From the human T2T-CHM13v2.0 reference genome, Homo sapiens: a stretch of 64,000 nucleotides of DNA. The position numbers and the translations under genes were made by a program. Below are positions 29,000 through 43,768 of this stretch, one piece after another. The notes beneath the pieces are model-generated. The model saw only the letters and a list, made by a program, of their open reading frames with translations, had not been told where the DNA came from and searched no databases. The DNA is taken from assembly GCF_009914755.1 (NCBI RefSeq), contig NC_060926.1; one strand, 5' to 3'. Within the stretch, counting starts at the first letter, position 1. Each line of letters opens with the position of its first letter.

Positions 29000-31900
29000 A
29001 TAGGTAATAATTGATAAGTAATGCTATGCCAATTTGAAATAATTGTACTTATGTAAAAGTGCATTTATTGTTTCTAAATTTCTATGACACAATGCAGTGT
29101 TCATGACCCTTCTTTTAGAAATAGTTGCCTCTTGGTGCCAGATTTCTCCTGGAAAACCCTTGTCCTACCAAATGGAGGCTGTGGGGTGTAGATACCAAGC
29201 AGGGTGTTACGTGTGCCCTCTTGGGTACAATGGAGACTCAGGTTTGCCAAAAGCCAAATATATGGCATGGCGCAAGTCAGCCTTTATGTGCCACAATTTG
29301 TATTTGCCAAATATTAATGCCAGTCTCATCTAATCTATAAAATTCTAAGAATTAGATAAATGCCAGAATGAATTTGGGAAAACAAGAAACATTTTTTAAA
29401 TTGAATATGTGAAAATTAAATTGCTTTTAAAGACATGATTTTTCCTTTATGAAATGACGATAAGCTGAAATGCTGTATATTTTAGGTAAATAGATAATTT
29501 TTCCATTTTCGGCCACGTCTATGTTTTAGGTTCACATTTTTTGCCATTTCAGTGCGTGTGACCATAAGGATTTAATGAGCTGTTGGCATGATTTATTTGA
29601 AGTTTTACTTTAAAAAAACAGTTTTAACAACCCAAGGGTAGTTTAAGTTTTGTGGTGCTATTAAGCCAATCTGGCCTTCTATTTTGAATTTCTATAAATA
29701 ACTAATGCTATGTAAGTCAATGCATATTATTGAAATATTTTTAGTGTTTCTGCCATTTCTCTTTGTACTTGTGCTCTCGTGAATGGAGTGAAATTTGAGC
29801 TCAAGAACGTTTGTCTTTTTAAAGCATAAAAGTATTTAATAACATTGGCTTTTGAAAAGCCCTTAAAATGTGCACGTATTTGTATGGGCTGCATAAAGGA
29901 AGAAGCAGTTTGTTGCTTCTTATAATAATTATATTATAGTTCCCCGATGCAGATTCATGTGGGAGTATTTAAGGGATGAAAGGTCAAAAGGATTAAATAT
30001 TTACATTCATTAGAATATGATCTTTTGGTGTAGGCAGAAAGGAAAGAGACTAATTGGTTTACTTCTAATTGTGAGCCTTATGAACTTACTGCTTTGGTAA
30101 TACCTTAAATGTCATGATTAAAAATATTGATCTGTTTCTCTATGGGCTTCCACTGAAATGGTAGCAGTCATCTGCAATATTACCTAATACATTTAAAATA
30201 TGGTCTTTAACTATAAGTGTGAGTATTATAACTAATACATCTCTTTTTTATGCCAAGAGCTCTGAATAACAAGCACTTGCTCTTCTTGGTATAGTGATCT
30301 GAGAGCCCCATTGTATTCTGTTTGTTTTCCTTAAGAAAAGCAAGGCAGAAGGGCTTCGTCGTTAATTAGGCTGTGTTTCTCTGAGCAAGCCTATTTAATC
30401 TTTGGTCTTAATTTCTCAGCTAGGAAACAAAATCTTCAAATTTGATGTTCTCTAATATTTCTTGGAACCATATATTTTTGTCTTGTATTTTAAAAAGAAG
30501 AGGAAGAATGGAGACTGAATCCACTGCCCAATGTTGGATTTCGATTAGTCAACCCAGGCGTGGTTTGCCCCAGAGGAGCTTCCAGTCTCAATTGACAGCA
30601 GGCCAAGAGTCGGGAAAGACACGGAAAACAAGGCAAGATACGAGCATTTCAAGAGAAATCCCCCTGGAGGAGTGCTTCAAGAAAATCCTCCTGGTTTTTG
30701 CAAAAGACCCTCCTGGTTCTTTCATTTCAGCCTTGGGAAACAGATCATGACATTGCGTAAAAGGTGTAATCCTAGAACAACGAGTAGATTTTATGATTTT
30801 TTATTAGTTTGTTTTCAATTCTGGGTCAGAATCCCTTTGCATAGAGTGTCCTAGAGATTAAAGAGCAAAGATAAAATAAGTAATAGAAAAAAAATTGAAG
30901 ATAATTTATCTACTTCTTCTGGTATTCAGGCAAGACCTGGTCAAAAATCAGCATCTTTCAATTCATGTTTATATTTCATTTATGTTCTGTCTTGAAAATG
31001 AATATAATCAATTAAAAAATCAAGAATCTTTGTATTCTGCTCTTTCATGTTCATCTTTCAAGAAGAATATACATTCTAAAATGTGCAATAGTATGAGCTT
31101 AATGATAATGACTTTAAATTTAGTTCTGTAAAGTTCTCATGAGGTTTAGTTTTTCATATCTCATGCATTTACACAATTTTATGGTGGCGATTTTGATTTC
31201 GAATGAGTATCTCCTATTCTAGGAGTGTCAGAAGCTTTTAGCTGTACTGTCGGGCTCTGTAACAAACTGTTTTTCAGAATTAGCTATTAGTTAACTAGAA
31301 CTTTAACCCAAGTGCTCTTATCCCCTTAATTTGGGGTCTTATTCTGGTTTTATATCTTTCAGATACTTAGAAACTATTCTTTTATTTGACAGTTTCGTGA
31401 TTGACAATGGGAGTAATAATTTGGCTCTCCCCTTTTATCTTTCCTTGTTAATGAAGTCTATATCGCTAATATTTTTATCTTTTTTAAATCTTCAATTTGC
31501 ATTTCTATATGGTAAAATGAAGTTATAAACTAAACCAGTTATTCCAGATGCAGACCAAGATCAATGTTACTATGTATCTCCTTGTTTTGTTGAATAATTC
31601 AGCTTTATATTCATCTTGCACAGACCCTGATATTTTTCTTTCATGCAGCAGCAATTGGTTTGAATTTATTGCACACTTTGATCCACAGCTTCTTTCTGTG
31701 TAGCTTTTTCTCCATTTTCTTCTCCATCCAGAAAATAACTGTTTTGGTGTTTATGATTTGTATGTTTTTTTCACCTTGACAATCGGTATTGTCTGTTTAT
31801 GTCCTATTTTTCTCTTTTATTTCAAAGGGCATTGCAAGGTAGAAGGTAGAGTATTATTATAAGTACTAAACTACTTATTATTTCTTATAGTTTTTCAACA

Positions 31901-34900
31901 TCTCTGCAATAGCAGCATCATTTTTCCATCTCTATGGTAGTCATCATCAAACAATATGATCTGGTAATATCATCCATCTGCTTTGTAATAAAGCCACAGT
32001 CACAGAGTCATATAATTTTTGACCTGAAAAGGAACTTGACGGTTGCATTGTTTGTGGATATTCTAAAGATGAGGAATGTAACTCCTAGAAGTTTCCCCTT
32101 GGATTCCACAGCTCATTACAGGAATAAGAGGACTAGGACATAGATTTTCAGGTATGATAGTCTTTCTTCTGTGCTGTTTAATACGAAGTTATCAAATGGA
32201 TATAAGTTGTATTTAAAAGCTTTTGTTGGCCATGTAGTATTTGGACTGCATTAGGCTTAGAGTTAAGGCAACAGCCCACTCCATCCACTCCCCTCCCTGC
32301 ATGAAGAACGGGAAAAGCAAAATTGGTCAAGGACAAAGTCCCTCCAGACACACAGCTACACAGTTAAGTGATGATCACAGTGGGTCCACATAGGAGGGAA
32401 AACAGACCCTGTAACTTGTATCACCAGTTCCTACTCCTCAGTGGGGAAAGAGACACTCAGTGTTAAAAATTGGAGCAGAATTAACTGAACAACATACAGT
32501 AAATTTTGCTAGCAATATTTATGAATCACCTTGTATTTAATAAGGACATTTTCATATTAAAGAATGTTCTCTTCCAAATTTAAAGATAACTCAATAATTT
32601 GATTTTACTTATTTTAGCTGTATATTTCCTGTTATGCCAATTATACAAAACTATAGGCAACCTATCACTAATGAACTATTATTCAACTAATAAAAATATA
32701 TTTTGTTTTTACATTAGCAATAAGTATGTGGAAAGAATTACAACATGTGCATATACATGGATTGAAGTCTAGTAATGTTGAAAACTATAGGCCAAAAAAT
32801 ACTGTTGTAAATGTATTTTAACATTACATAAATTAATGTTTATAACATTACATCCTTAAGAATCAAAAACAATTCATCTGTAAGAAACAAAGACAGGATT
32901 TGCATTCCTTGATAAGTTTGAGGGCTCATCAGGAAAAGCCTTGTTGGTTCTCCAAAAGCCACAGAACAGTCTTTGAGATAAGAGTGGTCCAGTAAAAAGG
33001 AAAAATAAGTGAGTGGCTTAGACACCTGTTTCCTAGACTGAAAAATAGGATCTTAAAATTGCCTTTTTTTAAAAGACTTCATTTTGCTTTAGATAGACTA
33101 AAACTAGAATGTGGGCCCAGGGAGTAAGGGCATGAGCTGACCACTCTGTCTGTCTTAGGTAAAGAGACAACAGAAGGGTTTACAAAGGATTCACTAAGTG
33201 AGGAAAAGATGTGGACCAAAACTTGAGCTGACAACCGGGTAGGATTGCTTGGAATTCAGTATGCATATGTGTTAGAAATAGTGAGAGTAATTAGAGGTTA
33301 TGGTAGGGTTCAGAGGGAAAAAATGGAACTTAAGGATCAGAGCTTCAACAAGATATCTAGGCAATGGGAGAAGGGCATCATCCTTCAACAAGAAGATTTA
33401 ATAAGTTTTTGGTTTGTTTTCAAAACAATGTGCACAATGTTTGGTTTGGTTTGTGCACAATGTGGTTAAGACGAAATGAGGTAATATATGTGAAAGTATT
33501 TTTTCCAGTGCTTATCTCAGTAAACATTTGTTGACCGTGGTTGAAATGATTTTATTTTCTTTAAATAATGACAGAAGAACAAAAAAGAGTATTTCCTCTA
33601 TTGTTACATTTCTAGAGACACAAGTCACTAGTACTTTCTTTTTTTCTAAAGCTATCTAAATTATCTGCATTCCCTGACTTCACATATTCCTTTTACTTAC
33701 AAATATTCCAAGTAGTTTCAAACGTTCCTTTACTGAAGTGGTTTTCAAACTTCTGTATGCATTAAAATCGCCTGGGGAGCTTGTTAAAGTATAAATTCTA
33801 TATGCACATTGAATAAGATGCTTGTGTTTAATGGGAGGTGGGCAGGTTAAAGTTGCTACTGGACTCCTAGACTGCCCTTCCAGAAAGATCTATCCCCACA
33901 TCCCAGCATGCCGAAGCACTTCAGAACACACACCCATCTTCCCTGCGTTGAAGTTTGGCTTTAGCTGAGAATCACATTTTCTCCCCCACAGGAATATGCC
34001 AAAATTCTACTTAATCCTCAAAGATAAAGTTAAAGGCTACCTCCAGAAAGGCTTGTGAATTTTTAAAATGAGATGTGATCTTTCTCTTTTTATGCAGCCT
34101 CAACACTGTGACTAATAGTGTATATTCTGTCCTGTTTGGTGTTATGTTACTTGCGTACTCCCTCACCTTTGCCCTTCTCCCATTGCCTAGATTATAATTA
34201 CTCTGAGTATGTTCTTATTTGTGCACGTTGTCAATGCTCAGTATACACATTGCATTTAGTGGGAACTTATTTTTTAAAGCGAATTCATTCTTGGGAACAA
34301 ATCCAGCTTTCTTGTTTTGATTGGTTCATGGTTTAGTCTTTCTACTTAGGATAAGAGTAGTTTACACACCGCAGTCAGTGTTATAATATTCTGTGTTTCT
34401 TTGTGTACTTATTGTTACCAGTAAGTTTTGTACCTTCAGGTGATTATTTATTGCTCATTAAGGTCCTTTTCTTTCTTATTGAAGTGCTTCCTTTAACATG
34501 TCTTGTAGGACAGGTCTGGTGTTAATGCGGTCCGTGAGCTTTTGTCTGTCTGGAAAATTCTTTATTTCTCCTTTGTGCTTGAAGGATGTTTTCACCAGAT
34601 ATACTATTCTGAGGTAAAAGTTTTTTTCCTTCAGCACTTTAAACATGCCATGCCAGTCTCTCCTGGCTTGTAAGGTTTCCACTGAAAAGTCTGCTGCCAG
34701 ATGTATTGGAGCTCCAGTGCATGTTATTTGTTTCTTTTATTTTTCTGCTTTTAGTATCCTTTCTTTATCCTTGGTCTTTGACAGATTTGATTGTTAAATG
34801 CGTTGAGGTAGTTTTCTTTGGGTTAAATCTGCTTGGTATTCTGTAACCTTCCTGTACTTGCATATTATCTTTCTCTAGGTTTGAGAAGTTCTCTGTTATT

Positions 34901-35048
34901 ATCCCTTTGAATAAACTTTCTACCTCTATCCCTTTCTCTACCTCCTCTTTAAGGCCATTAATTCTTAGATTTGCCCTTTTGAGGCTATTTTCTAGATCTA
35001 TAGGTATGTTTCATTGATTTTCATTCTTTTTTCTTTTGTCTTCTCTGA

Positions 35049-35357
<309 letters not shown>

Positions 35358-36610
35358 CTGACTGTGTATTTTCAAATAGCCTGTTTTCGACCTCACTAAT
35401 TCTTTCTTCTGCTTGATCAATTATGCAATTAAAAGACTCTAATGCATTCTTCAGTATGCCAATTGCATTTTTTGGCTCCCTAATTACTTCTTGATTCTTT
35501 TTAATTATTTCAATCTCCGTTAAATGTATCTGATAGAATTTTGAATGTCTTCTCTGTGTTGTCTTGAATTTCTTTGCATTTCCTCAACACAGCTATTTTG
35601 AATTATCTGTCTGAGGGGTCACATGTCTCTGTTTCTCCAGGATTGGTCCCTGGTGCCTTATTTAGTTCACTTGGTGAGGTCATGTTTTTCTGGCTGGTAT
35701 TGATGCTGGTAGATATTCTTAGGTGTCTAGACATTGAAGAGTTAGTTATTTATTTTAATGATCACTGTCTGGGCTTATTTGTACCCATCCTTCTTGGGAA
35801 GGCTTTCCAGATATTTGAAAAAACTTCGTTGTAGTGATCTAAGCTGTATCTGCTTTAGGGGGTACCCCAAGCCCAGTAATGCTGTGATTCTCACAGACAT
35901 GTAGAGGTACTGCCTCGATGATCTCAGACAAGATTCAGAAGAATTTTCTGTATTATTAGGCAGAGACTCTTGTTCTCCTCCCTTCAAGGCAGCAAGTTTC
36001 CTTATGGCCTAGTGTGTGTCTAGAAACATCTTTGGGGACCTAGGGCCTGGAACGGGCACCTCATGACTCTGATTGGTGCCCTATCCTGCTGTGGCTGAGA
36101 TGGTATCCAAGATGCAAGGCAAAGTCTTCCCCACTCTTTCTTCTCCTCTCCTCAAGCAGAAGGAAGGGGTCTCTCTTGGAGCTGTGAGCTGTGCAGCCTG
36201 GGGTTAGAGGAAGGGTGATGCCAGCACTCCCTTAGTCACCCCAGCTAGTATGTCAGTATGTCACATGCCCCTTCAGTCCACTGTCTGTGACCCAGTTGAG
36301 CACTAGGACTCGGTTTATTTAGAGACCCAGAGCACTTTGGCATTTGGTGATGAGGTCTGTGGGAACTCAAGTTCAGACCTCTGAGATCTGTGGTTCACCC
36401 TGGCTAGGGCTGGTCTACATGCTCCCTCTGTGGGTAGGTATCAGCCGAGTTTGGTCTGATTTTCCTTTCTTCTCTAACAGGACAGCACTGAGTTCATTTC
36501 CTCAGGATTGCTGAGCTGTCCCTTTCCCAGTGCCAGAGGTGCTCTTTGCATGGGGTCAGGGAGGGGTGGCTTCAGTGATCCAGGAGTTTTCTGTGCCTGA
36601 AGAGAAAAGT

Positions 36611-36706
36611 CTCATAGTACCTGGTTTTAACACTGTATGATTGAAGGAGGCACTGTCTTTTTAGTGCCTCTTTCAGTGATACCGTGTTAAAACCAGGTAC
36701 TATGAG
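36611..36706. repeat. Inverted repeat with 44-bp arms and 8-nt spacer
   Basis: 36611-36654 versus the reverse complement of 36663-36706: 40/44 identical. Confidence 0.97.
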
Positions 36707-37135
36707 GTGTCAGGTGATTTTTGGTTCCTTTGAAGATGTTTTCTCTATATAGATAGTTGTTAAATTGGTATCCGTGGCAGGGGTGATCGGTGGAGCTTTC
36801 TATTCCACCATCTTGCTCTGCCTCCTCCCCAGCTTTCTTGTCTTGAGACAAGACACAGTAAATATTTAATAACTACTTTCTGAATCAATTAGTCCACAAT
36901 AGCATCACATGCTCTTGTCAATTATAAAAGGAGGTAAAATTGTCAATAATAAAAGGAGGGTTTTTTCCCTTCATTTTGGGGATTAATGTTTAGGAGACAA
37001 TATTCATTAGTACTGTTTCTAGGGGATTTATTAAATATGAAGCTTCATACACACAAAGGCTTCATCTCCCTCCCTAACACACGCCAACTCTCTCATACCG
37101 TGTAGCCAGTAAGAGTCCAGCTCAACCTTTTGTGA

Positions 37136-37458
<323 letters not shown>

Positions 37459-38149
37459 TGTGTGACTGTTCTTAAAGTTTCTTTCTTAGAATTCTTTTTT
37501 TCCCCTTAAAAAATGTCCAAAAATGTTGACTTCGGAATGCCCTCTTGATTGGACATTGTGGTCTCGTGTTGCTCTGTTAGCAGGTTGAGGGCATATTTGA
37601 TCTTGAAAAATGGAGGGTCACTTAATCAATGCATTTTCCTTGGGCCAGCTGACTCTGATGTTCAAGGAGACTGAAGTGTTAAAGCTGGATGACTCTGCAG
37701 GCCACTTCTGGTTTTGTTGAAGTGAAACCCTCCATAAAGTCAGTTGATATTTTCATCTTGTTTTAACAACAGGTTCTTCACGTAGATTACATCTCCAGAA
37801 ACTTCTGGATTATATATACCTGTTAAAAATTCCTTTCATAATCCTTCCTAATTTAGCCCTTAGTAAAGATTAATCCCTAGCTCTGTCATTGTGCCTATCC
37901 AATAATTACAACTGGGCCTTGTTTTGAAGCTGTCCTTAAGCATTAGTTACGTTTTGAACTACTGGCCTCATAGCAGAAGTCTCTTAAATTCTTTCTTAAA
38001 GGATGAGTTGAGGAAGCGTTTACAGAAAGAATTCAATTTGAAATATTCTTCTGATTAGGAGTTCTCCAATGGAGGAAATACTGGAATGGAATCCTGATTA
38101 TTATTACGTTTGTTATTGTATTTTTGTCATAGCCTTTACCCTGAAGTCA

Positions 38150-38335
38150 TCATGTCCAATAGAACTTTCTGCAATAAAAATAGTTTATATCTGTGCTGTC
38201 TAGTGGGGTATCCATTCACCAAATGTGGCTACTGAGCACTTAAAATGTGACTAGTGTGACTGAGCAACTGAGTTTTAAAATTCATTTAATTTTACTTAAT
38301 TTTAAATTGTTACCTTACTGGCAGCATGAATCTAG
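38150..38335 (+). mobile_element. MER3-type DNA transposon
   Basis: tgtccaatagaactttctgc...atgtggctactgagcacttaaaatgtgactagtgtgactgag. Confidence 0.8.
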
Positions 38336-38336
38336 A

Positions 38337-38545
38337 ACAGTGAATGGTTTTACCACTTCCCTCCAGGGGACATTTGACAATGTATGGAGGCATTTTTGGT
38401 TGTCACAAGTTGGGGAGTGCTTCTACCATCTAGGGGGTAGAAGTCAGGGATACTGCTAAACATCCTGCAATGCACAGGACAGCCATCACAGCAAAGAATT
38501 ATCTAGCCTAAAAGGTCAATAATGCTGAGGTTGAGAAATGCTGGT
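38337..38545 (+). mobile_element. MER20
   Basis: ccaggggacatttgacaatg...tgctaaacatcctgcaatgcacaggacagcc...gaggttgagaaa. Confidence 0.88.
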
Positions 38546-39609
38546 TTTGAGTCTGAGATTTTTGAGACGAGGATTGCTTCCCTGTCTCAGTGCCTAACAT
38601 TGTGCTATGTGTATATTATTTAGTTCATGGTCTCTAAATTGCAGAAAATTAACTGAAACAGAGACCAATTAGTCAACACCAAAATCACTGGAAGTGCATC
38701 ATTTTTTAGACAAAAATAAGGCAATACAAAACTTCGGAGACACATGCAATGAAAGTAATAATCTTTGTAAGCTCACTAAAGCAGTAAACTACAATAAGTA
38801 AAGGGTAACACTAAAGATGAACAGGCATACCACAAAAATACTGTCTGCACACAGTAAGCTATGTTTGATGTGCACAAAATAGCTTCATGTTATTAAGGCA
38901 AATGTCAGTATTTAACATTTGCAAAATATGGGCAAACTATTTTAAAATCAAAATAGAGTACAAAGAAATGAAACATTACTCATTCAATTTCTGATTACCA
39001 AGAGAGATATATATGTTCTTTTTAAACTCCATTAGTTAAAAGTTAAATAATATGTTTCTCATTTTATTGTTGAGACTGGAGCACCTTGGAGAACTTAAGT
39101 AACAAGTTCAAGTTATGACAGCCAGTTATTAGCAGCTTTTGGTTTCAAACTTAGTTCTATCTTCAAAGTAAGTGAAATCAATTCTTAACTTGTATAGCAT
39201 CTAGCTTTCTATGTTTTAGATGAAGAAATTATTGCAGAAAGTTTAAAAGAATTACCAGGTAACACAGTTAGTGGCAAATCAGGAATTAGAATGCAGATCA
39301 AGCTGGTTGGCCTCTAACCTCGTGAAATTTCTAATCACAGCCTATTTTTTGTTGTTGACAGACAAGGCTGCTTTTGTTTTGCTTTGTTTTGATTTTCCAA
39401 ATCAAACTACCTATTATGTGGTGAATCACAGTAGAGAAATTTGTGGTTTGTACTTATTTTAAAACTTGATATTTTATGTAAACTTAATCCTTGTAGATGG
39501 CATCAAAATGAGAACTAGAATATACTTAAAAATCAGAATTCATTAAGCTGATAGTCGAACCACAGAGCAGAAAAGTATCATGTCCTCTGAAAGTCATTGT
39601 CTTTTAGCT

Positions 39610-40115
39610 CAGCGGTCCCAACCTTTCTGGCACCAGGGACCAGTTTTGTGGAAGATAGTTTTTCCTCAGACGAGGGGTAAGGGGATGGTTTTAGTATGAT
39701 TCAAGCACATTATATTTGTTGTGCACCTTATTTCTATTATTATTACATTGTAATATACAATGAAATAATTATACAACTCACCATAATGTAGAATCAGTGG
39801 GAGCCCTGAGCTTGTTTTCCTGCAACTGGATGGCCCCATCTGGGGGTGATGGGAGACAGTGACAGATCATCAATTATTAAATTCTCATAAGGATCTGGCA
39901 ACCTAAATCCCTTGCATGCACAGTTCACAAGAGGGTCCACTCTCCTATGAGAATCAAATGCCACCACTGATCTGACAGGAGGCGGAGCTCAGGCGGTAAT
40001 GCCAGTGATGAGGAGTGGCTGTAAATAAATACAGATGAAGCTTGGCTCACTTGCCTGCTGCTTACCTCCTGCTGTGACCAGTACCAGTCCATGGCCTGGG
40101 GGTTGGGCACCCTTG
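39610..40115 (+). mobile_element. MER1A (hAT-Charlie)
   Basis: cagcggtcccaacctttctggcaccagggacc...ggggttgggcacccttg termini; degenerate 8-bp TSD ttttagct / ttctagtt. Confidence 0.9.
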
Positions 40116-40884
40116 TTCTAGTTGATACAAAATTATCTTCCAAACTGAGAATTCTCATTGCGACTGTTTTGTACATTTTAAAGCTAATGCTATATAATAG
40201 TTTTATGGCTATGATCACAGCCTTATAAAAATCCCGTGTTAAAGATGTAACAATTTCATATGTTTTGTGCTAAAATGAGCCTTTGGATAAGTTAACCCCC
40301 CCTCCTCCCCTCCCCTCCTCTCCTCTTCTTTTTTTTTCTTTTCTTTTGATGGTGCCAGAGAGGATAGAGAAGACTTGCTATAGAATGGACTTCTGAAATT
40401 CATTTCTCTCTATTCCTCTTACCTTTTGTCCATCCTCTCTCCTTCCCTTTCTTCCTTTCACTAATATTTATTAACTGCCTACAACATGACAGATGCTGAA
40501 CTAAGACTTTGAGGTTTAAAGAAAAAAGATAGGGACATTAATCAGTTTGATATTAAAAAAATTGTCTTCAACACGTCCATCCACACTCCACTCCCCATCC
40601 CTGAAGACTCAATCTCTCAAGTGTCTGTGTTCCCACAGCTTGTTGTTTGCTCACATAAAATTAGTTAAGGCATATGGTAGGTCTCTTTAATAAAAAGATG
40701 CAAAAATACAGTACCTTAGAGAAGATGGCAAGATAGTGGTTTAATTCCATCTCAGATAATAGTTCAGAAGTGGATGCATGGTCTGGTGAGCAGCTCTCCC
40801 ATCTTCAGCATGAGGCTTCAGCATAAGGCCAGGGTGTTTTGTTGACTCTCTGCCTTGCCTTTGAGCATCATGAGAACATGGAAT

Positions 40885-41133
40885 ATTTATTTTAAGAGAC
40901 AGGTTCTCTTCTGTTGCCCGGGCTGGAGTGTGGTGACATGATCATACCTCACTGCAGCCATGAACTACTGAGCTCAAGCGGTTCTCCTGCCCAGTCACCA
41001 GAGTAGCTAGGACCACAGGCCACCTTACCTGGCTATTTAAAAAAAATGTGTAGAGACAGGGTCTCACTATGTTGTCCAGGCTGGTCTTGAACTCCTGGTC
41101 TCAAGTGATTTTCCCACCTTGGCCTCCCAAAGC
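40885..41133 (-). mobile_element. AluJ (partial)
   Basis: atgatcatacctcactgcagcc, gggtctcactatgttgtccaggctgg. Confidence 0.9.
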
Positions 41134-41542
41134 ATGTTTGTCCATTTTTACATACCTAATGATTAGCACCATATTAGATCATCAGTAATATTAAAATGAA
41201 TTTTGAAAAATGTTTAAAAACTTTAATGTAGCATTTTCAGTTGTTCTATCAAACATAACATTTTATTCTAGGAACTTTATCTCACTCTGGGATTAGATAG
41301 GTTTAGGGCTTGCTTGCTTAGGATTTTCTCTCCTATAGGCCTTCCATGTCCATTTACTTCCAGAATTGGAAGAATATTATAAAAGGCATCTAGTCATGTG
41401 GAAACAGCCATGAAGACTAGAAAGGTTGGAGTGAACAGCCATAACCCATAAACTGGACATAAACTGGAAGTGTGAGTTAAGATGACTTTTTTAGGTACAA
41501 GTGGCAGGAACCCAATCTGAATTAAGCAAGAGAGGATGGTAT

Positions 41543-41982
41543 TGTCAATCAAGAAAAATGACGAGGTAAGTCTCAATGATTTTAGGAAGTTTATTTGCCA
41601 AAGTTAAGGATGCACTCCCATGACACTGCCTCAGGAGGTCCTGATGACATGTGCCCAAGGTGGTTAGGGCTCAGCTTAGTTTCAGACATTTTAGGGAGAC
41701 CTGAGACATCAATCAATATATGTCTCCCGTTCAGAAATATGGGGACAGCTCGAAGCAGGGAGGGGGCTTCTAGGTCACAGGTAGGTGACAGAAAAATGGT
41801 TACATTCTTTTGAGTTTCTGATAAGCCTTTCCAAAGGTGGCAGTCAGAATATGCATCTATCTCAGTAAGCAGAGGGGATGACTTTGAATAGAATGGGAAG
41901 CAGGTTTGCCCTGAGCAGTTTCCAGCATAAATTTTCCTTTTAGCTTAGTGATTTTGGGGGCTCAAGATGTTTTTCTTTCACA
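41543..41982 (-). mobile_element. Solo MER4A/MER4A1 LTR (ERV1)
   Basis: TG...CA termini with a 4-bp TSD GTAT; reverse strand tgtgaaag...cccccaaaatcactaagctaaa. Confidence 0.9.
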
Positions 41983-42260
41983 GTATCTTATGGAGAATGG
42001 GGGTCTTAAGGCACCCACTGAGAGGCCTCATGCAAAGGTGGAAACAAACATAGTGAGTCTTTCTGTCTTTCAACTCTGTTCCTTTCTGATATGTGCCAAA
42101 CTGCTTTCATGCTGAAGATTATCTTTTGTTTTTTTCTGTCCACTAGATAGATCCAACACAATCTGAGTTTTAACCAGAGAGAGCCAGAGTTGATTCACTA
42201 CTTTCTTTGGGTTAGTGTAAAATCTTGGCTGCTGTATTATTATAGAGACTCGAGTCCCCT

Positions 42261-42805
42261 TTTGGTAGATTGTTTTCAGAGATGGCTGCTACACCTTCCC
42301 CCATGATCTTTTGCAATGTGGCTTTGTGGCTTCTCTCATCAAGAAATCAAATATTCCCTCTCTCAGAATCTGTGAACCTGTCTTAACATTTGCCTTAACT
42401 AACAAACTGGTTGTGGCAGAAGTGACACTGAATGAGTTTTGCACCCGGGCCTCAAGAGACTTTTTAATGTTTGTTTCTGCCCTGTTGTAATGCTGACATG
42501 AGAGAAGAAGGCATGAAGACCCCAGATGAAATACTAAATAGAAAAAGAAGTGTGGCTCTCCCAGCTGATCTTAACCCCCTGCTGACAGCAGTGCTAATTG
42601 CTAAATGGGAATGTGGCCATTTGAACCTTCTAGCCTAGCTGACCCTGTAGTTGAAAGCCTCTGTATTAGAAAGTTCAGAGAATACCCGCCATGCCTCCAG
42701 TCATGGGAACTAATAAATGGTTATTGGTTTAAGACACTCACTTCTGGAGTGTGGTTTTGTTTGTTTGTTTTTATTGTTTTAATGCAGCAATATGTAACTG
42801 TTAGA
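42261..42805 (+). mobile_element. MLT1F/G/H-type MaLR LTR
   Basis: agatggctgc...tgtggcagaagtgacact...ggcctcaagaga...tttaagacact...tgcagcaatatgtaactg. Confidence 0.7.
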
Positions 42806-43768
42806 CTCTTCTAGACACTCTGGGCCAGGAGTGGAGTCACACAGGAAAATGAGAGCTCCCTGGGTAATTGCATGTACATAGTACTGATTAAAGGCACCAT
42901 AGTTAACAGAGCTGTAGGAAATGGCTCTGAGAAGAAGGCATGGTTATAAGCAAACAGGGCAGTAATACTGAACTACAAACTATGTATTTCATTTGTGAAT
43001 ATCCACAAAACAGGGTGGTAAGATTATTTTTTGAAATGAGCCCCCAAAAGCAATATTGAATTTGCACCATCTTTCTGGCCCAATATTAGGAAATTTCTAT
43101 TTCTTATTCCCTCTTTCACTTTCACCCCACTTACCAGGAAAGGAATAGATTCCTAAGCCTTAGTGGCATAGAGAAACCTTTCTTCTGACCTTCAGCATTT
43201 GTAACTTTAGAGGATGAATTGTTCCTATATTGCAGATTGCGTCAGTAACATTAGGGGTCATTTTTATCACCAATGAATATTTTAAAGCCATCCCTTTATG
43301 ATTGGACTATATGGTTAATACTGCTGAGCTTATCTAGTTGGAACATTGCTTGGGAAGGGGGCGATATTCATAAGAAAGACTAAACAATAACAGCAGCTGC
43401 TGATAAATGGACAGTGTTGGGTTTCTCTCATTTGGTATGGTTGACAAGGCATGAATGACAGTTGGAAAACAGTTCTGGAAGAAGCAACAAAAGCCCTGGA
43501 TCTTTTAATATTCTATTTTAAAAATTCTGCAGTTTTGTGGCATTTTGGTTGTAGAGGATACAGACAGAAATGGACAGCTGTATGTCTACTTCAATTTTTA
43601 ATTTTCTCTCTATTTTTAACTTTTCCCTTTAGCAATGCTACCATTATATAATGATCTATTTAGTACATTTTGGCATCATTGATATTAGCATTTCTCAAGA
43701 GGCTACAACTAAGAGTAGAAAAATACAAAGGATCAAAGCATATTGGAACTTAAATAAGTTAAAGCATT

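Noticed and set aside
34476-34682. L1 ORF1 fragment as an active or domesticated gene
   Set aside because: Short; ORF1 is broken by stops and an Alu, and there is no ORF2.
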